This document shows positions 18,428 to 27,957 of a DNA stretch of 64,000 nt, in pieces. The stretch spans positions 128,001-192,000 of the forward strand of contig CAXWPH010000007.1 of NCBI GenBank assembly GCA_963666055.2. The letters are read 5' to 3'. This DNA comes from Acidobacteriota bacterium (GTDB lineage: Bacteria > Acidobacteriota > UBA890 > WLXD01). The notes beneath the pieces were generated by a model, which was given only the letters and a program-made list of their open reading frames with translations, was not told the origin of the DNA and ran no database searches. Numbering within the stretch: position 1 is the first letter of the stretch; every line of letters begins with the position of its first letter. The translations under genes were made by a program, and so were the position numbers.

Positions 18428-19218
18428 GGAGGCCGCTGTCGGAGCGCGTGGCGCTGGTCACCGGCGCTGGGAGCGAGCTCGGCATCGGCTTCGCCTGCGC
18501 TCGGATCCTCGGCGGACAGGGAGCGCAGGTTGCCATCACCTCGACGACCGAGGATCGGATCGCCGCGCGAGCGGCTGAGCTGCAAGCCGAGGGTCTGCCC
18601 GAAGTCGGAGCCTTCGTCGCGGACCTCACCGATTCTGCGCAGGCTGATCGACTCGTTGCCGAGGTCGTTTCCCGATTCGGCAGGCTCGACATCCTGGTAA
18701 ACAACGCCGGGCTCAACTCCATCGGAGCACCCTACCCCGACCGGCCGTTCGTCGATCTGAGCGAATCGGATTGGGACCGCGCCATCGCCATCAACCTGAA
18801 GACCGCGTTCAACGCCACCAAGGCAGCCATCCCGGTGATGCTGTCGCAGGAGTACGGTCGGGTGATCAACATTTCCTCGGTCACCGGCCCGCTCGTGAGC
18901 GCTATCGGATCGCCTGCCTACAGCGCCTCAAAAGCGGGGATGGATGGCCTGATGCGCAGCCTGGCGCTCGAGGTCGCCACAAAGGGGATCACCGTCAACG
19001 GTGTGGCACCCGGTTGGATCGCCACCGGGTCATCATCGGAGGCCGAGCTTGAAGCCGGCAAGTACTCGGCCATAGGCCGACCGGGGCGCCCTGAAGAAGT
19101 GGCTGAGGTGGTGGCGTTCCTCGCCTCCGAGGGGGCGAGCTACGTAACCGGCCAATCGATTGTCGTCGACGGAGGAAATACGATTCAGGAGTACAAGGGG
19201 CCCCGCGACGCGATCTGA
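18424..19218 (+). CDS. Classical SDR oxidoreductase (FabG-like)
   Basis: VTGAGSELGIG, LVNNAG, NISS, YSASK, PGWIAT. Confidence 0.9.
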   Translation: MRRPLSERVALVTGAGSELGIGFACARILGGQGAQVAITSTTEDRIAARAAELQAEGLPEVGAFVADLTDSAQADRLVAEVVSRFGRLDILVNNAGLNSIGAPYPDRPFVDLSESDWDRAIAINLKTAFNATKAAIPVMLSQEYGRVINISSVTGPLVSAIGSPAYSASKAGMDGLMRSLALEVATKGITVNGVAPGWIATGSSSEAELEAGKYSAIGRPGRPEEVAEVVAFLASEGASYVTGQSIVVDGGNTIQEYKGPRDAI

Positions 19219-19267
19219 CGTTCTATCCTCGCATCGCCACGCAGCCCTGCCCCGAGGAGGCTTCCGC

Positions 19268-20806
19268 ATGAATTCCCGAACAGCCCCGGCAACGACGATC
19301 CGGCCTGCATGTCTTCTCCTTTTGCTGTCGCTTGCGGCCTGTCAGGGCACCACCGCTGACGACGCGGGGGATTTGCCCGCGACCCCTCCTGCCAATACCG
19401 AGGAGCGCATTGCGCGTGCCGCATCACTCGAGCTAGACGGCGAGTACATCGGACCTCCAGGCGATGCTCTGGTGCATCACACGGCGGGCTTTGCCAAGAT
19501 CCTCTGCTCGGCGGTGTTCATCACCGGCCTCGACGCCGACTTCGCTGCCGAGAACATCGGCTACTTCAGCAGTCACTATGCGGAGCGCGCCCAGGTGACC
19601 GAACGCGTCGTCGACATGGAGAAGAAGGAAGTCCACTTGACGCTACCTGACGGCACCGTGCGCACGGCCAGGTACTTGGGCGATCAGGGATGCGTGACGC
19701 TACCGATCGGCGAGGACGACGTGTACTTCACCCCCGTCGAGATACCGAGCACGCTCCCCGATCCGTCGACGCTGCCCTGGCCGATGGGAGACCTGCTATC
19801 GGACGAGCCGTTGCCCTCCGAGATCGATGCCGACAAGGTGCAACAGGCGGTGAACGCCGCGTTCGAGCCGGCGGAAGGGATGACGGCGGCCTTTGTAGTG
19901 ACCTACAAGGGACGCATCATCGGCGAGCGCTACCGCGACGGCATCACCATGAGCACACCGCTCGAAAGCTGGTCGATGGGCAAGAGCCTCACCGCCACCC
20001 TGATGGGGATTCTCATCGAGCAGGGTGTCTACGAGCTACACCAACCGGCGCCAATTCCTGAGTGGCAAGGCGACGACGACCCGCGTGCCGAGATCCGTAT
20101 ATCCGACATCATGCGGATGTCGAGCGGGCTGCGCTTCCGTAACGAGTCCGACCCCGGCTACGACGAGTCGCTGGGTTATCCCGACCACCTGTACGTCTAT
20201 ACCGGGACGGTCAATTCGTTCGAGTACGCGGCCACACGGCCGCAGCAGTACGCACCGAACACCGTGGGGCGCTATCGCAACTCCGACCCGGTGCTGACCA
20301 ACTACCTCCTTCGCCTCGGAGTGGAGGGACGTGGCGACGAGTACCACTCGTTCCCGCAGCGCGAGCTGTTCGACAGGATCGGCATCCGCCACATGGTGAT
20401 GGAGACTGATCCCTACGGGAACTTCCTGCTGCAGGGATACGAGTTCGGTACCGGACGCGACTGGGCCCGGCTCGGCAACCTCTACCTTCAAGACGGCATG
20501 TGGAACGGCGAGCGCATCCTGCCGGAGGGTTTCGTTGAGTTCGTCAGCACACCCGCACCAGGCTGGGTGGCGGACGGTCGGCCCATCTATGGCGGATTCT
20601 TCTGGATCGAGAGCGACAACGGCAACAACGGCATCCCGGCCGAGGCCTACTCGATGCAGGGCGCCGGCGGCCAGTCGGCGACGATCATCCCGTCACACAA
20701 CCTGGTGGTGGTCCGCCTCGGCCACTACAAGGGCAGTCGTGCGGGCGCCGAAGGGCTGCGGAACGCCTTCGCCCTGCTGATGGAGGCTGTGCCGGGTAAC
20801 CAGTAG
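19268..20806 (+). CDS. Serine hydrolase (beta-lactamase class C-like) lipoprotein
   Basis: Lipobox LAAC; SWSMGKS (SxxK), YRN, RDWARLG.LYL.DG. Confidence 0.88.
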   Translation: MNSRTAPATTIRPACLLLLLSLAACQGTTADDAGDLPATPPANTEERIARAASLELDGEYIGPPGDALVHHTAGFAKILCSAVFITGLDADFAAENIGYFSSHYAERAQVTERVVDMEKKEVHLTLPDGTVRTARYLGDQGCVTLPIGEDDVYFTPVEIPSTLPDPSTLPWPMGDLLSDEPLPSEIDADKVQQAVNAAFEPAEGMTAAFVVTYKGRIIGERYRDGITMSTPLESWSMGKSLTATLMGILIEQGVYELHQPAPIPEWQGDDDPRAEIRISDIMRMSSGLRFRNESDPGYDESLGYPDHLYVYTGTVNSFEYAATRPQQYAPNTVGRYRNSDPVLTNYLLRLGVEGRGDEYHSFPQRELFDRIGIRHMVMETDPYGNFLLQGYEFGTGRDWARLGNLYLQDGMWNGERILPEGFVEFVSTPAPGWVADGRPIYGGFFWIESDNGNNGIPAEAYSMQGAGGQSATIIPSHNLVVVRLGHYKGSRAGAEGLRNAFALLMEAVPGNQ

Positions 20807-20854
20807 TTCCGCGTCAGTCACCCTATGCCGTTGGCAACGACGACACCGCTGTAG

Positions 20855-21808
20855 CTATCGCACGCCCGGCGACCAGGACGGGTACCGGTCATCACCCGGA
20901 CTGTTCGTCAGCCTCGTCTGATCAGAGCCGTCACTTCGCATGCTGTATACGTCCCAATGCCCATGCCTGTTGGTCTCAAACACGATCTTCGCGCCATCCG
21001 GTGACCATCGGGCGTGGCGATCTTCGTAGGCGGGCTGTCGCTCTACCGAGTAGAGCGGTGTGGACAGTTTCCTCTGATGGGTCCCACTGGAGTCCATTAC
21101 GGAGATGCTCATACGATTCCAATCAAAAAGTATCAGGGCGCCGTCCGGTGACCATGACGGAAACCCGTTCGCATCGGAGCTATCCGTCAGCCTCACCAGA
21201 TTCGTGCCGTCAAGGTCGATTGTGAAGATGTCGACGTCGCCGCCCAGGTTCGGATCCGTGTCAGATTCGATGATGAGTCGAGACCCGTCAGGCGACCAGA
21301 CAGGAACTTTTGCGTTGATTACACTGTCGGTTATTCTCCGCTGGTCTGATCCGTCGAGGTCCATGACGTATGTCTCGACATGTCCATCGCGATCTGTACT
21401 GAAGGCGACTAGCGAGCCGTCAGGAGACCAACTCGGGAAATTGTCATCGTAGGTATTGAAGGTCAGCCTGCGCTGCCCCGAACCATCCTTGTTCATCACG
21501 TAGACTTCCCAGTTGCCGTCCCGCTCCGATTCAAACGCCAGCATCGAACCATCCGGCGACCAGGAAGCATGACGATCTGCGGCGCCATTGTCCGTGAGCC
21601 TTCGCTGAGTCGATCCGTCGGAGCTCATCGTATAGATCTCCCAGTTTCCGTCCCGATCGGAATCGAACGCAATCATCGAGTGCTGATCGTAGGCGTGTTC
21701 GGTACGAGATTTCAGCTCGATGCTCGTACTGTCCCAGGCATCGACTTCAGTCTCTGCGTAGGCTGCGATACAAAGAAGCGATAGGACGATTGGAAGCTGT
21801 ACCTTCAT
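20855..21808 (-). CDS. Secreted TolB-like PD40 beta-propeller
   Basis: Signal peptide and about six xSWSPDG..IxFxSxRDG repeats. Confidence 0.88.
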   Translation of the reverse strand: MKVQLPIVLSLLCIAAYAETEVDAWDSTSIELKSRTEHAYDQHSMIAFDSDRDGNWEIYTMSSDGSTQRRLTDNGAADRHASWSPDGSMLAFESERDGNWEVYVMNKDGSGQRRLTFNTYDDNFPSWSPDGSLVAFSTDRDGHVETYVMDLDGSDQRRITDSVINAKVPVWSPDGSRLIIESDTDPNLGGDVDIFTIDLDGTNLVRLTDSSDANGFPSWSPDGALILFDWNRMSISVMDSSGTHQRKLSTPLYSVERQPAYEDRHARWSPDGAKIVFETNRHGHWDVYSMRSDGSDQTRLTNSPGDDRYPSWSPGVR

Positions 21809-21815
21809 CGACAAG

Positions 21816-23171
21816 CTAGCGAATTCTCCAGCCGTTCACCGGCCCGGCGTGAAAAAACACCTCCGGCGTCATCACGCCATCGCGCTTGAACACCTTGCCG
21901 TCGCGCATCACGAAGCGCACATTGCGCAGGGTGTCGATGTCGCGTAGCGGGTTGCCGACCACGGCAATCAGGTCGGCGTAATTGCCGGGCTTGATCGGGC
22001 CGCGCTCGTCATACACCTCGGCACAGCGGTAGCCGGCGATGGTCATCGCCTTGAGGATTTCGGGCGCCGGGATCCTCGCGGCCTTCCAGGTCTCGATGAA
22101 GTCGATGACCACCTCGCCACGCGTCATGCCGGGAATGTAGTAGTCGGCGTCGGTGGAGAAGGTCACCGCCACACCGTTGTCCCAGGCGTTGCGAAGGCCG
22201 GCGACGGTGCGCTCGAACTCCTCTTCCGAGGTGTTGTTGTAGGGCATCGCCGGGGTCTCGGTGCCGGCGCGATAGATGCCCTTCGCCGCCATCGCCTTGT
22301 GTAGCTCGTCGTCGAGGACGTCGGAGTGCGCCAACGAGAACAGACCGGCCTCGATGGCGCGCCGGGCGCCGTCGCGGGTCTGCACGTGGCCCTCGACCTT
22401 CATGCCGGCCTTGGCCGCCTCGCTGACGAAGAGCTGCATCTCGGCAACGGTGTAGCCATAGGGTTTGCAGTCCACGCAGATCTTGATCACGGTGGCGCCG
22501 AAGAGCACGTTCTGACGCACCGCCTTGACGATCTCGTCGTTGGTGTCGGCGTCGAGGTACTCGGGGTAGACGATGTTGTGGTCGATCCCCATCTCCGGCG
22601 TCGGCCAGAACTGCCCGCCCATACCGCCGATGATGATGCCGGAGTTGATGATCGTCGGCCCGGGTACCCAGCCTTACTCGATCGCCTGGCGCAACGCGGT
22701 ATCGGCGTAGTTGCCGTTGTTGCCCATGTCGCGCACGACGGTGAAGCCCGATGACAGCATCTGCATGCCGTTGGAGAACGCCTGAATGGCCCGCAGCGGC
22801 GTCGAGTCCATGACGTAGGTCAGGTAGTAGAAGTTGCTCTCGGGCTCCTGCTTGTAGGTCAGCGCCAGATGGTTATGGGTGTCGACCAGCCCGCCGAGCA
22901 CGGTGAGGTCGGACAGGTCGATAACATCGGCGCCGGCCGGTATGTCGACGCTGCCGGGGGAGACCACCGCCTCGATGCCATCGCCCTGGATGAGGATCAC
23001 CTGGTTCGGGGTCGCAGTGCCGGCCTCGGGATCCACCAGCAGTCCGACACGAATGACCTGGACGGACTCCTCCTGTGCAGTTGCGGGAGTCGGCTGGGCA
23101 AACGCGGAAATCGGAACCATAAAGGCGAGCAATGCGATAGCGGCTGCGGCCACCAGGTTTCTGCGAGCCAT
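21816..23171 (-). pseudogene. Secreted amidohydrolase (Xaa-Pro dipeptidase-like) with in-frame TAA at 22674-22676
   Basis: GLVDTHNH, GFTVVRDMGN, then AIE*GWVPGPTIINSG continuing in the same frame into the 21816..22622 ORF (ADLIAVVGNPLRDI). Confidence 0.85.
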
Positions 23172-23265
23172 CGGATCCTCCTGCGTGGAGCATGGGAATA
23201 TGAACGGTGAGCACGGTAAGCTGCATCGTAAACCGCTGCTCACCGTAGTGCGCTTCGGTGAGACA

Positions 23266-24015
23266 ATGGAAGCTGATCGGCTCGTCGACATCGAGGGCCC
23301 CGGGCATCTCGCCATCCGGGAATCCGCGCCCAATGATTCGACGGAAGGAGTTCAGGGAATGGATCGATTCGCCGGCAGGACGGTAGCCGACAGGGCCGAC
23401 GGCCACGCGCTTCTGGAGGAACGCCGACACAATCATCCCCTCGTCGGAGAGCTCAGCCCGGATTTTGAGCTGCAACGATCCGACCGGACCAGCAGCGTCC
23501 GTCTTTCCTCGTATTGGGGGCGTAAGCCGGTCGTGCTGGTCTTCGGGTCGCTGACCTGAGGGCCCTTCTCCCAGGCGTCAGTTGACGTCGTAGCGTTGCA
23601 CGAGCGGTTCGGCGATCGCGTCGAGTTCCTCATGGTCTACATACGCGAAGCGCATTCCACGGATGGTTGGCGCATCGACGACTCGGGGTGGTCGATCCTC
23701 GCCGACGCCCAAAATACCGACGAGCGCAACGCCGCCGCTGCCCAAACCTGCTCGATGCTGAGGCTACCCTTCCCGGTCGTGGTCGACTCGATGGATGACG
23801 CGGTCGCCCAACGATGGAGCGCATGGCCCGAGCGCCTGTTCGTGATTGACACCGATGGCCGTGTCGCTTACGTTGGCGCGCAGGGCCCCTGGGGGTTCTG
23901 GCCGCGTCAGCAGACGCCACCGCACGGATGGGGCGAGGACGATGGCTTTGACCACGGCCAGCCGCTCGATACGTTCCTCGTGAGCTTTCTGGCGCCGCCG
24001 ACCGAGCCCGACTGA
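23266..24015 (+). CDS. Iodothyronine deiodinase-like thioredoxin-fold protein, probable selenoprotein (UGA 23557-23559)
   Basis: KPVVLVFGSLT-UGA-GPF continues in frame to VEFLMVYIREAHSTDGW and AWPERLFVID; hairpin at 23574-23589; start approximate. Confidence 0.82.
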
Positions 24016-24031
24016 TCTTCGAGATTCTCGA

Positions 24032-24934
24032 CTATTCGCCGTAGCTTCCGTCGGGCAGGCGGGTCGGCACAGAGTACTGCGGATCGGTGAGTAGAGCGGC
24101 TACCGCCGGGTCGGTCTCGGCGAGCTGCTCGGCGGTACAGGGGCGCCATTCGTGCGAGATCCGGGCGCAGCGGTCCGCAGCCGCCTGCGCTCCCAGCTGC
24201 GTCGACAGCGCCCAGTAGACATACTCGATCGCCATGCAACCGTAGTCGCAGGTCTCGTCGTCGTAGGTATACCAGGCAGCGCTCGGATACGGATCCGGAA
24301 TCTCCATGAACTGCCCGCCGCGCGCCAGGTCCATGGCGTTGGCGAGGCGAGAGCCAGGATCCGGGCCGAAGGCATCCGGATAGGCGACTGCGTATCCAGC
24401 GAAGCTGACCAGATGCCACACCTCCTCGATCGCGGCGTCGAAGCGGTCGCCGGCGTCTCCTTCCGCACGATCGGTCGGCGTGATGGTCTCGTGGCCCTCG
24501 AGATCCTGACTCTCGTAACGATCGCGGATCCCATCGGCCTCGAACAGACCCGACTCCTCGAGCTCGTCGAAGTCGGCGAACATCACCAACGCGTTGCGCT
24601 CCAGCATCGCATCGAGCACCGCCGGGTCATCGACCGAACCGTCCTCGTCGTTGTCGAGGTACTGCGCCATGACGTGCGCGGCGTGCCGGATCTTGTCGTC
24701 CGCAAGGTCTTCCGTACCCACGATGGGCACACCGAAGACGGTGATCTGCTTGGCGAAGAAGGCGCGCAGCGCCTCATCGCGCACCTCGTGCAATGAGAGG
24801 TCCGGGCCGGACGGTTGGGCCGACACGCCGGCCGGCGGCGGCTCTTCGTCACTCAACGCCTCATCCGCCACACTACCGCAGCCAACCAGGACAACAGCAG
24901 CGAGCGCGCCGAGGAGCCGCACCTGACTACGCAT
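24032..24934 (-). CDS. Lipoprotein, zincin-like (EExxH)
   Basis: Lipobox LVGC; AIEEVWHLV...AIEYVYW...LAETDP. Confidence 0.6.
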   Translation of the reverse strand: MRSQVRLLGALAAVVLVGCGSVADEALSDEEPPPAGVSAQPSGPDLSLHEVRDEALRAFFAKQITVFGVPIVGTEDLADDKIRHAAHVMAQYLDNDEDGSVDDPAVLDAMLERNALVMFADFDELEESGLFEADGIRDRYESQDLEGHETITPTDRAEGDAGDRFDAAIEEVWHLVSFAGYAVAYPDAFGPDPGSRLANAMDLARGGQFMEIPDPYPSAAWYTYDDETCDYGCMAIEYVYWALSTQLGAQAAADRCARISHEWRPCTAEQLAETDPAVAALLTDPQYSVPTRLPDGSYGE

Positions 24935-26207
24935 AGCCCAGCAGCCGCGGCACGAACAAGGTGATGTCGGGAAATAGCGTCAACACCAGCAGGCCGGCCA
25001 GCAATACGAGCAGGTAGGGCACCAGCCGCGGTGTCACCGCCTCGATGGAGGTGCCGGCAATGCCGCAGGCCACGAACAAGCAGATCCCGACCGGGGGCGA
25101 AACCATGCCGATGCCGACGTTGGCGGCGACCAGGATCGAGAAGTGTACCGGGTCCATCCCGAGCGACACGGCGACGGGCACCAAGATCGGCATCAGGATG
25201 ATGATCGGCGGCAGCGCGTCCATCACCATGCCGAGCACGATGAACACGACGTGCACGAAGAGCATGAACACCAGCCAGTTCGGCGCTGTGCTGGTGATCC
25301 AGGCAGCGAGCTGGTGGGGAATGCGCTCGAACGTGAGCACGAACGAAAAGACCGAGGCCGAAGCAAGCACCAGCATCACGACGCCCGTCAAGGATGCGGT
25401 GCCCAGCAGTACGTCCGGCAGGTCGGACAGCTTCAACTCGCGATACACGAAGAACGACACCACGAAGCCATAGACTACGGCCACGGCCGAAGCCTCGGTC
25501 GGCGTGAACACGCCGCCGTAGATGCCGCCGAGAATGATGACGATCATCATTAGAGGCAGCAGCCCGTCGCCAATCACTTTGAGCTTGTCGCGCCAAGGCA
25601 TCTTGGGCTCGATCGGCAGCTCGAGGCGAAGCGCATTGACGTACGTAAGCGCCATGATGGCGATCCCTAGCACGACAGCCGGTAGGACCCCGGCGGCGAA
25701 CAGCGCACCGATCGAGATCCCGGCGACCACACCGATGATGATCAGATCGATCGCCGGCGGCACCAGCGTCGAGACCCCCCCTGCCGCCGCGAAGATGGCG
25801 GTGGCGAACTCGACCGGGTAGCGCTTGCGCTTCATCGCCGGCAGCGCCACCGACCCGACCGCGGCGGTGTTGGCGCTGGGCGATCCGGAGATCCCCGAGA
25901 ACAACATCGCCGAGAGGATCACCACCAGCCCCAGCCCGCCCGGAATGCGGCCGACGAATATCAGCGCCATGTCGACGATGCGCCGCGCCATCCCACCCTT
26001 CGACAACAACGATCCGGCCAGCACAAAAAGCGGTATCGCCAGCAGCGGGAATGAGTCGAGACCGGCGAGGAACTTCTGCGGCATGACGATCAGGAACTCT
26101 GGCGAGCTATAGAGCAGCCCGGCCATTCCGGCCATCGCCAGCGCCAACCCTACCGGCACCGACACCAAGAGCGCGATCACGAAGACGAGTGCGACGATCA
26201 GGCCCAT
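24927..26207 (-). CDS. dctM: TRAP transporter large permease DctM
   Basis: FPLLAIPLFVLAG, FSGISGS, GVFTPTEA, PPVG. Confidence 0.93.
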   Translation of the reverse strand: MGLIVALVFVIALLVSVPVGLALAMAGMAGLLYSSPEFLIVMPQKFLAGLDSFPLLAIPLFVLAGSLLSKGGMARRIVDMALIFVGRIPGGLGLVVILSAMLFSGISGSPSANTAAVGSVALPAMKRKRYPVEFATAIFAAAGGVSTLVPPAIDLIIIGVVAGISIGALFAAGVLPAVVLGIAIMALTYVNALRLELPIEPKMPWRDKLKVIGDGLLPLMMIVIILGGIYGGVFTPTEASAVAVVYGFVVSFFVYRELKLSDLPDVLLGTASLTGVVMLVLASASVFSFVLTFERIPHQLAAWITSTAPNWLVFMLFVHVVFIVLGMVMDALPPIIILMPILVPVAVSLGMDPVHFSILVAANVGIGMVSPPVGICLFVACGIAGTSIEAVTPRLVPYLLVLLAGLLVLTLFPDITLFVPRLLGYA

Positions 26208-26210
26208 CTG

Positions 26211-26708
26211 CTAGGAGCCCGTGGTGGAAGTGTGCTCGGCGGGCTCGTCGTCATCACCGCGCCAGGCCTGTCGCAGGATGTAGTAGAGCATCAGCAGGCT
26301 ACCGACGAAGGCCGACGAATAGGGGATGGACATCGACACTCCGGTGGCCGGAGCAACCATCGTCCGCACCTCGAGCGTGAACCAAAACGCCTGCCAAGCG
26401 AACACGGCGAGCAGCACCGCGATCAGCGCGGTGACCAGCCGCGACAGCTGTTTCCGGGGGCCGGGGGGTAGACGCTGAACCGCGAACGTGAGCGCGAAGT
26501 GTGAACGCGTCTTGAACGCGTAGGCAGCGCAGAGCGAGCCGAGCCATAAGAGCAGGAAGCGCGCCAGCTCCTCGGACCATGCCAGCGATATCTGAAACAC
26601 ATAGCGGAAGAGCACCTGGGAGAACGTCACCCCGACCATGGCGATCAGCAGCATGCACAGCACCAGCTCGAGCGGCTTGCTGCGAAGATCAGTAACCGAC
26701 GATCTCAT
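26211..26708 (-). CDS. dctQ: TRAP transporter small permease DctQ
   Basis: QVLFRYVF..LAWSEELARFLLLW, four TM helices; start approximate. Confidence 0.88.
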   Translation of the reverse strand: MRSSVTDLRSKPLELVLCMLLIAMVGVTFSQVLFRYVFQISLAWSEELARFLLLWLGSLCAAYAFKTRSHFALTFAVQRLPPGPRKQLSRLVTALIAVLLAVFAWQAFWFTLEVRTMVAPATGVSMSIPYSSAFVGSLLMLYYILRQAWRGDDDEPAEHTSTTGS

Positions 26709-27690
26709 CAATGACCTCGGCGCCACCGACCTTGTCGGCGGCGTTGCGATAGACGTCGCGCACACGAGCCTGAAACAGGCTGCGATCGACTTCGAAGAAC
26801 TCCAGGTTTGCAGTTCGCTCGAGCTCGGCGAGTGCCTCCCGGGTGGCAGTCTCCATGGCCCGGCGTTGGGCGATCGACGCTTCGCGGCCGGCTCGCAGCA
26901 CCACCTGTTGTACATCGGGGGGCAGGCGATCGTAGAGCTTGCGACTGAAGATCATGCCGGCGGCGAGATACATGTGCTCCGTATTGGAGACATAGCGCGT
27001 GACCTCGTAGAAACGCTCGTACAGAAGGTCCACATGGTCGGTCTCAGCGCCATCCACAACGCCCTGCTCGAGCGCCGAATAGAGCTCGCCGAAGGACATC
27101 GGCGTTGCCTGGGCACCGAGAGCGTCGAAAGCCTCTACCAGCACCGGCGTTCCCATGACGCGGATCTTCAGGCCGCGCAGATCCTCCGGGGTCAGTACCG
27201 GACGCGTGGCGTTCCACATGTTGCGCACGCCCGAGAACCACCAGCCGAGCACCATCGCATCGAGCTTTTCCTCCGTGGCCCGGGCGACACGCTCGCCGGG
27301 TGAGCCGTCGAGCACACGGTAGAAGTGATCCAGGTCACGAAAGATGAACGGCAAGTTGAACGCCTCGGCCTCCGACACGAACGGACCGAGGCCGGCGCCA
27401 GCGCTGGCAGCCGACGCCGCTAGCGCCCCCAGCTTGACCATCAGGCTGGCCTCCTCCTCGGTGCCAAGCTGACCATTCTCGAAGATCTGCACCTGGACGG
27501 CGCCGACGGTCTCACGCTCGACGATCTCCTTGAAGTGCTCGAAACCTGCCTGATACGGGTGTTGGGGACTACCGTTGTGGGCCACTTTGAGAATCAGCGG
27601 GGCATCACGGTCGGCGCAGCCGGCCGTTATGGCCGTCAGCGCAACGACGGCCAGCGCGGCCAAAGCCCGCGAACGGCGCCGCGCCCTCAT
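26689..27690 (-). CDS. dctP: TRAP substrate-binding lipoprotein DctP
   Basis: GQLGTE, LPFIF, DLRGLKIRV, ELYSALEQGVVDGAE. Confidence 0.93.
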   Translation of the reverse strand: MRARRRSRALAALAVVALTAITAGCADRDAPLILKVAHNGSPQHPYQAGFEHFKEIVERETVGAVQVQIFENGQLGTEEEASLMVKLGALAASAASAGAGLGPFVSEAEAFNLPFIFRDLDHFYRVLDGSPGERVARATEEKLDAMVLGWWFSGVRNMWNATRPVLTPEDLRGLKIRVMGTPVLVEAFDALGAQATPMSFGELYSALEQGVVDGAETDHVDLLYERFYEVTRYVSNTEHMYLAAGMIFSRKLYDRLPPDVQQVVLRAGREASIAQRRAMETATREALAELERTANLEFFEVDRSLFQARVRDVYRNAADKVGGAEVIDEIVGY

Positions 27691-27863
27691 TCTCGAGGTC
27701 CCCGGGCCGTCATAAGTAGCGATCGCGGCACCGCCTCGTCGCTCATCGCCGCCTGTGCCACCAGGCTGGCAATGACGATCGCCGACTGGATCAGGTCGGG
27801 CTCATGGAGATGATCGAAGGTGTCCATGTTGGTGTGGTACCCGCGCCGCTCGAGAGGGTCCTG
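27687..27863 (-). pseudogene. C-terminal remnant of an M28 peptidase
   Basis: QDPLE..YHTNMDTFDHL..DLIQSAIVIASLVAQAAMSDE parallels the C-terminus of the 35354..36898 protein. Confidence 0.65.
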
Positions 27864-27957
27864 GAGCTCCTCCGCGCCTTGGTGAGGCGTTTCGGCATCA
27901 TCGTATACTGTATGCAACTCTTGAACAGGTCCATCCGAGACCGCTGAGGCGAGCGTC

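Noticed and set aside
19268-20806. Antibiotic-resistance beta-lactamase
   Set aside because: SxxK fold with a long N-terminal extension fits general esterase/amidase members; no resistance context
22674-22676. Recoded stop in the amidohydrolase
   Set aside because: Codon is TAA (not Sec/Pyl) at a non-catalytic position; CAA-to-TAA mutation or error is simpler
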